This document shows positions 30,859 to 47,696 of a stretch of 64,000 nt of DNA, piece after piece. Position 1 is the first letter of the stretch. Each line of letters opens with the position of its first letter. The notes under the pieces were generated by a model, which saw only the letters and a program-made list of their open reading frames with translations, made no database searches and had not been told where the DNA came from. Origin of the DNA: Antedon mediterranea (Eukaryota > Animalia > Echinodermata); contig NC_092676.1 of the NCBI RefSeq assembly GCF_964355755.1, forward strand, positions 4,565,888 through 4,629,887. Reading direction: 5' to 3'. The translations under genes and the position numbers were made by a program.

Positions 30859-33800
30859 CTAGCAATTATACCCGCCCCAGGGCGGGTTTCAAAATTAGTT
30901 TACAGCCTTCTCAGTACATAACACCCGACGCCAGTATCTGTCTATATTCACCAACCTCCACCCCTCTTCAATAACACCCCATACTCTTTCTTAAAAACAA
31001 ATTCTTCCCAGTGATGGACAAATTAAATTCAACCTAACCTTCGAATTGAGAGGAGTATGCATAGCTCCTAATAATAATGGGTCTAATAATGGTTGAAGTA
31101 CGTTGTAAATTGTGTAAATGAATAGGTGTCATATTGGCTGATAATTAAAATATGTAATTTAGATACTGCGGTCCCCCAGCCTTCTTTCTCCTTTCACGAT
31201 CCCAGCCACCATCAACAAACCTTAAAGGGGGATTCTGGGTTTAAAATTGCTTTTAAATATCGTTTATTTATTAAATAAAAAATATTATAACAATATAGAC
31301 ATGTCAGAATGAAGAAGTAATAACGAGAAATAAAAAAAAATAAATTTCATATACATTTTAGGGTAAATTCATGGAAAGTCTGTTTTTCAGCAGCTTAGGG
31401 AAGCTCATTAATATTCATGAGATATTCACAAAATCACGTCATCAGTGGATTCCAAACTCGCGACGTCAAGCTTGTACGTTGTGTTCTCTCTCCTCTCTGT
31501 CAAACGACGACCTCGACCACCCGATCATTGTGAAATACATTTTTTGTAGATTTGCTAAGCTAGGCCTAAAGTGTAATAATAACAGTAGTAGCATATACTT
31601 ATTTGACATTTAATGAAATACAAAATTTAGTACAGATTACGGATTCATAAATTATACTATTTTTATACCTCGAATTAATAGTACAGATCGTATATCGGCT
31701 TCACGTACTAGGCTAGGCCTAGCCTAAATCATTTTATTCATGCCTGGATGAGAGCCATTTCTGACTAGGGATTCCATGCCACGATGGCTACGTTAAAACA
31801 TTGGGGCCATCATTCATGGGCCTAGCTAGCATATTACTAAACGATTGGCCCATCAATAACAAAACTCAGTGGATTCCAAACCCATCCTATCAACCAAACT
31901 CCTAAACAATCTAAACCTAAAACGTTCTACAAAAATCGGCTGTAAATATTGAGGCAAAACAAGGTCCGATCGCCGTCCGCACGTATGGTGTCCCGATCGT
32001 CTATAATAAGTAGGCCTAGTTTACTCTCCAAAAAAGTGGATACTGCATCAAGCAAGTAGACCGGTAGTAGGAAGGAGCTAACCTAGCCTAGCCTTAGCCG
32101 ATCCGGCCCAGTTAAAAATTGAGCTAGCTAGTGTAGTAGACCCTATGCGAATTGATACTACCACCAGGCCTTTTACTATAGGCTACACTTGTTAAAATTA
32201 GCAATACTGTACTTATGTTTACAAATATTCCAACTCTCTCATTCGAGCTATATTATCTATACCATTCCGGTAGGTTGAGTCGACCTTCAATCAAATACTG
32301 TACATCGTTCATGTTGTGATTATAGACGGGGTATACTCGACCCGACCAGTTTGGTATTGTATACTGTATCTCCTTATCACGTGACGATGCCAGGCATGGG
32401 CAGAGAGAGCACGTGTATCGTCGTCTCGCTCTCCTCGCTCAGCAGGAATGTATACGTTACGCTTCATTGATTTTGAAGGCTTTCCCTAAGTCAGTGTGAA
32501 AATCGGCAAACGTAAAGTGCAAACTTATCTAATTTTTTACTGTTTTGATGGATTTTCATAGAAAATTGACTTTATAAATGGGAAGACCGACTAAAATTAC
32601 ATCAGATAAGTATAATTTTACAAAAGTAATTGATATGGTTAATGATAACGAGTCGTCGGAAGATTGACCATTTCACGAATTTCCTATTCTGTAACCACAG
32701 TGTGATTTTGCCGTAGCTGCACTTGTAATCTGGCCTCATTTCACAGCCTTCGTTCTGCTTCACTGGGCGCTTATATAAATTGAAACTTTTACCGTTCAAG
32801 AGACAAACAAATATATTTTACATTTTTTACTATTCATTTTAAACCCGGAACCCCCCTTTAACTCCTCCCCTGGAAAGTTCAAATTTAGTAACTTTTCCTA
32901 GTACAATCCAATCATATAGGCTACTTCATTACGCTAGTATTTTCGCTCCTCCTCCCCCTACAAACACACCCCAGATACACTGGGTGATGTGTTGAAGCCG
33001 GTTCCAGTACAAATTATGTTATTATCACTCCCAACCTATAATCCCTCAGCGGCAGTTTTCAAATGTAGTTTAAAACATTCCAAATACATTTTCGGTCATT
33101 GTGATAGGCCTACATGCCCACCCCAAATTCCCATCCGCTTCCCAAGGATGATTAAATACTTTAACATTTTCCAACCACAATTCTGGTGTAAGCAAAATCC
33201 CCACTATCCCCTGAACCCTATCTCCCAACCCCACTCTCCCACAATTGACGTTTTTTTCTTGGAGGATTGGTGATGTAGTTGAACACAGTAACAGTAAACA
33301 TCATGTGTATGTTCACACAGTGTATGGATGTCTGTAATGAGACAATCCAAGAGACCGATACATAGCTGGATATGGTTAAAGTACTTTGCTAAATGTATAA
33401 TTGAATAGGTGTCATATTGGTTAATGAATAAAATATGTATATCTATATCTATATTTCCCCAAACGCCTTGCTGAGGATAATTCAAATACTGTCAAACTTT
33501 TGCAGTATAATTTTACAATTCGATAGCCTACAACCCCGAGCCCTAGCAAAAAATGACATCACAAACCACCACACCACCCCCCGCCCCCACCCCTCCCACA
33601 AAAACCCCAGGAGTCGGGGGAATTTTTTTTAATGTAGTTTAAAACCTTCCGGGTACAATTGCTATCATTTTGATACCCCATACGTATGGTTACGTGCAGA
33701 AACAGAAATTTGTATAACGAACAAACATCGAAAGTGGGGGTTTTGACCACATTTTGGTCCCTAACTTGGATCCTAGGTGGCGGATGATGTTGAAATATAG

Positions 33801-33895
33801 CTTAGAACATTCCCGGTACAATTGCGGTCATTTTGATACCCCATATGTAAGATTACGTGCAGTAACAACAATTTGTATAACGAACAAACAAACAA

Positions 33896-33926
<31 letters not shown>

Positions 33927-33949
33927 AACTCTCTCACTTATAATATAGA
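30859..33949 (-). mobile_element. Non-autonomous Helitron
   Basis: Minus strand: A|TCTATATTATAAG 5' end with (GTCT)n; 3' hairpin CCCGCCC-TG-GGGCGGG 8 nt before CTAG|T; A/T insertion site with no TSD; absent in block A. Confidence 0.85.
31226..32857. mobile_element. Kolobok-like non-autonomous DNA transposon nested in the Helitron
   Basis: TTAA-AGGGGGATTCTGGGTTTAAAAT...ATTTTAAACCCGGAACCCCCCT-TTAA. Confidence 0.8.
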
Positions 33950-34841
33950 TAGTGGAAACTACCGTATGAACACTCTACTGTAGGAACAAGGCAAGTGAGT
34001 TAACCAATCACAGGACAGTTCCGATCCATCGCGTCGTTATTGATTAAATTGCTTTCGCGCTTACATCCTTGCATTGGATGGAAACCAAGCTTTAAGCTAC
34101 GTTTTTAGCCCAAGAAGATTTGTGAGTGCGTAAAATTAAAAATTTGCAAAAACTCCTTTTTTCTTTATGCGGTTCAATATTGAAACTAATATAAATTGAT
34201 TCAGAAATGAATAGCAAAATGGTTACTGGCAGGCCTACGGTTCAACCAATAACAAAGTTTACTGTACTTTACGGCTGGGATGCAGTAATATTTTTTTTTC
34301 TACTTCTGAAGTTATAGCGGCATGCAAAACGTCATGCATTCTTCCTTGTACAAAGAGTATAACATTGACCGGGAAATTGTACTGGACGGTTTTAAACTAA
34401 TCCTACAGTACAGAAAACCCGCAGAAGGGAGAGTAAGGGTGGTGGTGGAAGAACCGCCCTAATTTATTACAATCAGGGCCTATAATAATGAATATCAATA
34501 ATTCATCCATGATATCACATTCGTCATGCAAGATGGTCGACAAAGTAGAGTAAAAGTAAAAATTTCAAAATAAAATTTAGAATTTTGAGTAGATCCTTTC
34601 CATTACGTAAAATAAATAATAATGTAGCCTATAGTAGGCCTAAATAATAACGTATTATTAGTAAAGTTAACCCTTACAACGAAAATATGGTGAATTTCAC
34701 TCGGTGAATGGTCTTTCAAATGGAATAAAAATAATATCAAGTGACTTACTTCAATCCATCCCACTATTAATCTTGTTATTTAGCTTTCACACCAGTCACA
34801 CCCAATTTCACTTATATTTCAAGTTTCCTGAACTTTCTGCA

Positions 34842-34889
34842 TTCTCACTCCTAAGGACGATCAAAGTATATTGATCGAAACGTCGAGAA
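34842..34889 (+). ncRNA. Duplicate hammerhead motif with core mutation CUGAGGA>CUAAGGA (G5A), predicted inactive
   Basis: Paralog of 23239-23286 with G>A at 34853. Confidence 0.6.
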
Positions 34890-35774
34890 CAGTTCTTTTC
34901 AGAACTATAATGTAGGCCTTATACGTAGTGTACCGCGAACTGTATGTCAAAATATCAACGTCTATGTATGTATACAGATCAGGCCCTGCAGAAGATGCAA
35001 CATGGTGCAACAAGTTATTCTTATAATTATTATCAGCCTAGTAGGCCTATGTTTGCTCAATTTAGTCCACAATTATCTAATTTAAGTAAATAAAATAGAA
35101 CATGGTGATTTTATAAACATAATGTGTTATCAACTTACAGAAATACAACAAGAAAATAAAGAAATAACAAAACAAATGACGTAATGCCCATGACCAATCC
35201 ATGGTCTATTTTTAGGATAACAAAAGAAATGCAATCTACGATCGATAGTTCAACACTATTTTTTGTCTCTTTATGAACGAATGTTTACTGTTGAAATAAT
35301 ACAAACATTACATTTTATTGAAAATTTTATTATGCATCAAAATGTCAATGAGTTTGTTAAGCCTTTTGAATGATACTAGTGTGTAAAAAATCGTACGATT
35401 GAAGCAGGGAGGTGTCAATTCCATGATTGAAACATCGTTACCATCATCGTCGTCGTCGTCATCATCATCATCATCATCATCATTATAATAACAAATGTTT
35501 GTTGAGTTTGTTTGCTTGTTTGTTTGTTTATTTGTTGTATTTGCTTGGTTGTTTGTTGAGTTTGCTTGGTTTTATTTATTTATTCTTATTTTTTATTTAT
35601 TCGACTTCTCACTAACTCAGTTAGTGAAGGATCTGGACCAACAGGTGGTAAACACCTCTAAAGGGTCTTTCACACTTGTTCCGGCACGGTTCCGGTCCGG
35701 CGCCGGAACAGGTGTGAAAGACCCTTAAAACGGTCCAGTCCCAATTTGCACAGTGGCTGTGTGTGACAGTGGCT

Positions 35775-37215
35775 GTGTTTGTTTGTTGAGTTTGCTTGGT
35801 TGTTTGTTGAGTTTGCATGTTTGTTTGTTGAGTTTGCTTGGTTGTTTGTTTGTTGAGTTTGTTTGTTTGTTTGTTGAGTTTGCTTGTTTGTTTGTTGAGT
35901 TTGCATGGTTGTTTGTTGAGTTTGCTTGGTTGTTTGTTGAGTTTGCTTGCTTGTTTGTTTGTTGAGTTTGCTTGCTTGTTTGTTTGTTGAGTTTGCTTGT
36001 TTGTTTGTTGAGCTTGCTTGGTTGTTTGTTGAGTTTGCTTGGTTGTTTGTTTGTTGAGTTTGCTTGCTTGGTTGTTTGTTGAGTTTGCTTGGTTGTTTGT
36101 TGAGTTTGCTTGGTTGTTTGTTTGTTGAGTTTGCTTGCTTGGTTGTTTGTTGAGTTTGCTTGTTTGTTTGTTGAGTTTGCTTGCTTGGTTGTTTGTTGAG
36201 TTTGCTTGTTTGTTTGTTGAGTTTGCTAGCTTGGTTGTTTGTTTGTTGAGTCTGCTTGCTTGTTTGCTTGTTGAGCTTACTTGGTTGTTTGTTGAGTTTG
36301 CTTGGTTGTTTGTTGAGTTTGCTTGGTTGGTTGTTTGTTGAGTTTGCTTGGTTGTTTGTTGAGTTTGCTTGTTTGTTTGTTTGTTGAGTTTGCTTGGTTG
36401 TTTGTTTGTTGAGTTTGCTTGGTTGTTTGTTTGTTGAGTTTGTTTGCTTGTTTGTTGAGTTTGCTTGGTTGTTTGTTTGTTGAGTTTGCTTGCTTGGTTG
36501 TTTGTTGAGTTTGCTTGGTTGTTTGTTGAGTTTGCTTGGTTGTTTGTTTGTTGAGTTTGCTTACTTGGTTGTTTGCTGAGTTTGCTTGGTTGTTTGTTGA
36601 GTTTGCTTGGTTGGTTGTTTGTTGACTTTGCTTGGTTGTTTGTTGAGTTTGCTTGTTTGTTTGTTTGTTGAGTTTGCTTGGTTGTTTGTTTGTTGAGTTT
36701 GCTTGGTTGTTTGTTTGTTGAGTTTGTTTGCTTGTTTGTTGAGTTTGCTTGGTAGTTTGTTTGTTGAGTTTGCTTGGTTGTTTGTTTGTTGAGTTTGCTT
36801 GCTTGTTTGTTTGTTGAGCTTGCTTGGTTGTTTGTTGAGTTGCTTGGTTGGTTGTTTGTTGAGTTTGCTTGGTTGTTTGCTTGTTTGTTTGTTGAGTTTG
36901 CTTGGTTGTTTGTTTGTTGAGTTTGCTTGGTTGTTTGTTTGTTGAGTTTGCTTGCTTGTTTGTTGTTGAGTTTGCCTGTTTGCTTGTTGAGTTTGCTTGG
37001 TTGCTTGTTTATTGTGCTTGGAGGCTTGCTTGTTTGTTGAGTTTGCTTGATTGTTTGTTAAGTTTGCTTGGTTGTTTTCTTGTTTGTTGAGTGTGCTTGG
37101 TTGTTTGATTGTTTGTTGGTTTGTTAAGTTTGCTTGTTTGTATGTTTGTTGAGTTTGCTCGGTTGTTGGTTGAGTTTGATTGGTTGTTTGTTTATTTGTT
37201 TCGTTTGTTTGTTAG
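35775..37215. repeat. Longer paralog of the GTTT-rich minisatellite
   Basis: Same unit, ~1.4 kb vs ~0.8 kb in block A. Confidence 0.95.
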
Positions 37216-37238
37216 TTGAATGTGAACTTGTGTATAAC

Positions 37239-40200
37239 AGTTTCAGTTTCAGTTTTTCAGTTTTTATTTTCCAATAATAAACAAGGATCATGAATATATA
37301 GCAAAAATGGAAGGATGACCAAAAAAGAGCAAAGCTCGAACAGTATTTGGCCACCTTAACAAAATAATTAATACATGATACAAACATAATTGAAACACAG
37401 GACGAGACAATACTAGCTAAACATGTTGGCATATGAACTCAAAGATAGTGCGATAAAATCAAAAAAGCAAAAGAACAATGTACATGTAAACATATTTGTA
37501 ACACTCATTGATAAGTTAAGAGCAAATTATTTTTATACAACTTTTTAAATACTTTGACAGATGATGAATTACGAATAGAAGCATCAATACTGTTCCATAA
37601 AATTGGACCATGTCCTCTGATAGTGTTTCTACCCATATCGGTAACAAAATTATAAGGACGATAAGTATCAAAGGACCTGATGCCATAATTATGAACTGAG
37701 TTTACTTTAACAAAATAATTAGAAAAGTTAGCTGGTAATAAATTATTCTTAAATTTGTACATGAAAACACCTTTTGATATCTTATGAATATCATACACAG
37801 TTAAGTTGTTAAGACTAGCAAATAATGGTGGTGAATGCGCAAGGAATTGAAAATTTGTGCATAAACGCATTATGCGCTTTTGTTTGCGATAAACAGTTTC
37901 AAGGCGACAGTTATTGTGGTCAGCCTAAATCAAGCTGCAGTATTGAATATGAGGAAGGACTAGAGTCTTGTATAAGGATGATAGAACATTGACATGTAAA
38001 ATTGGTTTTAGCCTAAAAAGAATACCAGAATATTTTGAAACTAAGTTTGCAATATGGATTGTATGTTGATTCCAGGTTAAGCATTCGTCCATTATTACAC
38101 CAAGAAATTTACAACTAGTTACACGAGAGATGTTATTATTATCAATGAAAATGTTAAGATATAGTCGAGATAGTCGAGAGATCGGAATTAACATTATCAA
38201 CTAGACGGTTTAAAACATTATCTGAAATTAAAAGGTTAGTGTCATCTGCATATAAAATAAGATTGGAATGTTTACAGATGTTTGCTAAATCATTAATGTA
38301 AATAATAAAGAGTAGCGGGCCTAAAATTGAGCCCTGTAGAACACCACAACAAATGTTTAAAGAAGAAGAACTATGATAATTAAAAGAGATATATTGCTTT
38401 CTATCCGTCAGGTAACTTCTGAACCAATCAAAGGCAACACCACGTATACCATAATGCTGTAGTTTCGACAGGAGAATGTCGTGATTGACGGTGTCAAAGG
38501 CCTTTGAAAGGTCCAGAAATATCCCAAGAACATGCTTTTTCTTATCTAATTCAGAGATTATGTTATCATATGCTTGTAGAACAGCCATTTCAGTAGACAT
38601 ATTTGGGCGGAAACCAAATTGGTTCTCTTGCAATAAGTTAAATCGAGAAAAATAATTATAGAGTCTTTTATGAATTATACGTTCTAAAACTTTGGAGAAA
38701 ACGGGCAGTACCGAGATGGGCCTATAATTGCTAAATTTATCAGTCTCACCATGTTTAAAGACGGGAATTATCTTGGCAATTTTCAGCTTCTCCGGGACAA
38801 TACCGGTAGCTAGTGATAAATAAAAAATATGAACAAGTGGAGATGCTATTAATTCCCCAACAGATTTAATAATATCTGGTTTAATGTCATCGAAACCGCT
38901 GCTAGCACCAGATTTCAGATTTCTGAATATTGTGAGTACTTCATCTTTATCAGTTGGTCAAAAAAACAGAGAGCTAACGGGTGATTTTATGTTATTTATA
39001 AAATAATCAAAAGTAATATCAGATTGAGGAATTTTACGTAGGTATTCAGGACCAATGTTGACAAAGTAATTATTAAAGTTATCAGCAATAATTTGAGAAT
39101 CAGATATATGTATATCATTTATTTAAAAAAATGATGATATGTGTTTATTGTTTTGTCTACCCATAATGTTATTGAGAACATTCCAAGTCTGTTTTGAATT
39201 AAATTTTGTTTCCTCAAGCTTTTCAGCATAATACTGCTGTTTAGTAGGGTTACTTGCATACTTTTTGTATAATTTATCTTTTCGAGTTATTGATTTTAGG
39301 ATCGCCGAAGTAATCCAAGGTTTTTGAGGAATACAACGACGCCGGGAATTGTTGTTGGAATGTTTAGAGATGGGAAAATGTACATTGTAGACCTCTGTGA
39401 ATTTATCGATGAAAACATTATATGCATGTTCAGAAGAATCAAGATCAGTAATACAACTCCAATCAACCAAGCTTAAATTTTCAAAAAAGTGTTGAATTCT
39501 AGTTTGGTTAAATAAACTAGTGGAAATTCTATTCGCGGTATTTGCGTTGCTAATTGGAGTTGATTTAGTGATTTGGTAAACAGGATAATAATCAGAAACA
39601 TCGGCAATAACAACACTCGATTTTATATAATGAGTAAAAACGTTAGTGATAATGTGATTGTCATTAGAATGTAGAAGGTCAAGATTAAAATCACCGGATA
39701 TATAACATTGTTTTTCTTCAGTATTAATTTTTGTGAGACAATTTGTAAGATCATAAAAAAATGTTTCAATATTGGTACGATGAGCACGATAGATATTGCC
39801 AACGACAATGTTTTTCCTACCGGGAACTGTTATTTCAATAAAGATAGATTCAGAATGATCAAAGTGCTCAGACGGTTTGTCAATTAATTTTAAATCATTC
39901 CGAATTCGAAATGAGATTGTATTATGAACATAGATAGCAACACCACCACTTCTTCTTCCACAGCGTGGTGTATTAACCAAGTTATAGTTATCTATGTGGA
40001 TTAAATTGGAACCATCCTCTTTAAACCAGGTTTCTGATAAAGCTAGAATCGAAAAGGTATGCCTTAAACTAGTGAGGAACGTGCTAATCAGATCAACGTT
40101 TTTATTGAAACTTCGTGGATTTATATGTAAGATGGAAAAGTCCTTTTCACATGTAGCTGAGATGTTATGATCAAAGGTATAAGAACATGAATGTTGTATG

Positions 40201-40878
40201 TCATAATCAATTAAATTATTAGAGTTATTTATCACATCGTTAAAGACAAATGGATTAAATTTCAGATTTAACATTCTATTATATTCAAGGGTATTATTAA
40301 GACTGAATAAAGCAAATTTAAATTCATCGTCGTCAATGTAATGGTTGAAAGGAAAGACATTTCCAGTACATTGAAAACAAAACCAGTCTTCATTAGCATT
40401 AACATCGGTATAAATACAATGTGTATGGTAAAAAGAGTTACAAATATTACAAACAATCGTTGACTGATGACTTCTAATGTCTTTTGAACAGCAATTACAA
40501 TAGTTAGTCATTTATTTGAATAATATATAATGGAATGTAATAGGTCATTAAATATAACGCATAATGAAATATATATGTAAAAAAAAAGAGTACCATGCCA
40601 ACATATAAAATATTATACACACTTAAACACATATACTTATCTAGGCAGAAAGTGAAAAACGAAGAGGACAAGAACAATGTGTTACTGGGGAAAGGTCCAT
40701 ATGATGTTTGAATTTAACGTGTGGACAGATAGAAAGATCAATGAAATCTCATACTACTTGCATTTTAAAAATTTATGAAATAATTAATTAATGTAAGAAT
40801 GGAAATACAAACAATTTACAGTTTCTCACTCCATAAAGTACTGCCGGCATTTGCATAGTTCAATAAATAAAGGAAACC
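37239..40878 (-). mobile_element. CR1-group LINE with ORF2 of PHD finger + APE endonuclease + RT, disrupted
   Basis: ORF pieces 40511-39123 (C4HC3 PHD; SILHIN, ALSETW, GGVAIY, SGDFNLD), 38633-38154 (QFGFR, FLDLSKAFD, QGSILGPLLF, YADD), 38200-37925 and 37870-37505. (AACTGA)n-like tail; empty site gtataactgatg at ~25090 in block A, AAC duplicated. Confidence 0.92.
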
Positions 40879-41091
40879 AACTGATGTGGTTGGTGACTAG
40901 AGGAATTACTAGAGTGAATATAAACTGTGTGTTTTTAAAAGTATCATACATGAGTTGAACTATTATTTGAAATGAAAAAAAAATTACTGATAACCACCCT
41001 CTTCAGTCACAAAGACCATCATTTTTCTCAAAATTACGAATTACGATCTAGTTTATTACCATATTTTATATAACCAGGTAGGCCTCCTCCT

Positions 41092-41344
41092 ACTTAACAA
41101 ACAATCAAGCAAACTCAACAAACAAGCAAGCCTCCAAGCACAATAAACAAGCAACCAAGCAAACTCAACAAGCAAACAGGCAAACTCAACAACAAACAAG
41201 CAAGCAAACTCAACAACAAACAACCAAGCAAACTCAACAACAAACAAGCAAGCAAACTCAACAAACAACCAAGCAAACTCAACAAACAACCAAGCAAACT
41301 CAACAAACAACCAAGTAAGCTCAACAAGCAAGCAGACTCAACAA
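41092..41344 (-). repeat. Inverted copy of part of the block-B GTTT minisatellite
   Basis: Reverse complement carries the block-B-specific variants GAGTCTGC (36248) and ATTGTGCTTGGAGGC (37011). It replaces ~34 bp present in block A. Confidence 0.85.
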
Positions 41345-42141
41345 ACATGGTGATAATCATAATTTACGACACAGATTTATCTGGATATAAAAACATTATG
41401 GATCTCTCAGTGAATCAGTTGACTCTCCCACATTTTGCTTAGTTGTTCAAAGAAATCACAAAGAAAGGTACGGTAAGTGTTGTTTTTTAAACTGTGTAGG
41501 CCTATCTACCTATATGATAAGGAGAGAGGGTTGTCTGTTGTATCAAAATCCAGGTTATTTGTTGTTAATGCCGAAACTGTATTTAACCACAGAGGCCTAG
41601 GTTGTTCTTCCCTGGAGCCGTGCATATACAAAATGCAAACAATTTCAATAATATGTACAATATGTAAATAGAAGTTTACTTTAAACGATTGTAGGATCAG
41701 ACGAATGAATGTCAATTCACCAAGATTGTTCAATTGCACCTTCAATACAGGCTTATTGTTTTTATACTCATCTTGGGTAAAGCAGAGCAACATTACTGAC
41801 TTAAGTGGCTTAGGGTTGTGTGTATAAATAATATTAGTGAGATAGTTTTATTTTTAGAATTTTATATATAAGTGAGACGATTTACAGTTTGCATTTAAGA
41901 CAATGTTTTCCAATTTTCAAGTTGGTTTCTGACTTCACTACTTGGGGTATCAGTATAACTATATTCTGTCTGATTATGAATAAATAAGTTTAGCCAGTGA
42001 AGAGTGAAATTTAGCTACTTTAATCCACAGAATAGACAAATTACATATTCAACTTTGTACTATATATATGGATCTTATCCTGAAGTAGTTTATGCAAATA
42101 ATTTGAATATTCTATAACATTATAGTACAGTATAAAACAAA

Positions 42142-45894
<3,753 letters not shown>

Positions 45895-47696
45895 ATAACA
45901 AAAGAAAAGTCGTAAAAATTATTAATAATTATATATATTTAAACACTTTATTGTACATATACAAAAATATATGTAGGATCAACGTACGATCGAGCAAAAT
46001 CTATCGAATGCAATTGAAGTCTGGAACCAATTTAATAATGGATCAGTAGACCAAAAATTAATGTATGTTCTTGGTTAACCTGTACTTTATCATCCTATAA
46101 ATATTGAAATTGCATTCGATAGATTTGTAAAGGTTTCACTATACAGGCGCGGCATGGAAAAAGATAAGGGAAATCAACAATGAAAATATTAGTTCTTTGC
46201 TTTTTAAATCCTGTATTACTTTTAATCTTGTACATAATTTATTTCAAGTTTCCTAGTACTGTAAATAGGCCTATTGTTAAATCATTTTTTTTCCCTCTAA
46301 CTTTTATTTTACTTACTGTATTATGGACGCACCTTCATTCAAGAAGTGATGACACTGTTTTAAAAGTATTACTTTTGTTCATGTTATTTTTTTATATCTT
46401 GTAGGCCTACATAATTTAGTTTAAGTTTCCTTGTACTGTAAATAGGCCTATATCTCTAACTTTTATTTTTACTTACTCTGGACGCACCTTCATTCAAGAA
46501 GTGTGCCACTGTTTCAAAAGTGTAGCTTCCAAATAAATTATTATTATTATAAAAAAAAGTTGCGTCTTACATTGGTCTTGCATAAAAAAAAGAGGCTAAT
46601 CGTTAAGTTTATTTACTGATGCATGCAATAGTTCCTCTCATTTGCTACTGTAAGAATAGCATTATAACTACTAGATTGATTTAAATGAATAAAACCACGG
46701 TTTAATGACTTGTTGTTTTTTTATTCACACTTACTTGAGTGTTTTCAAGGAGGGTCGCATTGTTTTTCCTCCTAAAAGTTTAAGACAGCGCCATGAATCA
46801 ATTAAATATGGCATATGCCGATGGAAATATAGGGGCAATATTAGAATGGACAGAGATTTAATACCTCGTGTCGGACAGATTTCATTTTCATCCGCCTAAA
46901 TGTCCAGTGGTGTTAATTGAAAGCTTTAGTCCTGGGTTCGTCCATTAACATCATCATAATTATTTAGTGGGGGTGAGGATCAATTATAAATTTAGGAATT
47001 ATGTATCTATCTTTTAATTCGTTAATACTCTAATCGGCGTACCGTACCATAACCGGTATTTTTAAAGATCGACCCTGTTTTTTATGCATGTGTGCATGAT
47101 GACAATGCACTTCTGACACGCGAGCCTTGTTTAAAGTAGATAAATTGCATTTATAAGATATTAGTGGGTGAGTACTGTTGTATTTGTTAAATATTAATCA
47201 TATACTGTAGAAATATTAGACACTGGTCTCTGGCATAATTCGGGGTCAGTCCATGAGGATAAATATATACGTAGGGTAGCCTACTAGGCTAGGCCAGGTA
47301 GTAGGCCTAAGTCGGCCTCCACCAGCTCACTCGCAGCAGATGAAAGCCAGGAACGATGTGGTCGTGCAAGTCGTGTGAGTGTCCCGTCGACAGCCTATTT
47401 CTGACGCCGTTCAAACCAAGGGAACCACTCTTATTGGAACACCTCTAATTAATAAGAGGAAACTTTAACCAACTAGGCTATCCATGAAATAAATGGAGCC
47501 GGGTTCAATATTCTTTTTAATTTTTACATATTACCATCATATTCATGCCTGGCAGTGAGTGGCTGGGACACCCCCGGGCCCTATTTTTATACTAATAGTT
47601 ATACTTCAGGTCCCAACAAAGTTCCCCTTAATTAATAAATAGGGTTAATTTCGAGTAATTTCTACTTATATTTTATTTAGTATTAAGAAGCGAAAC

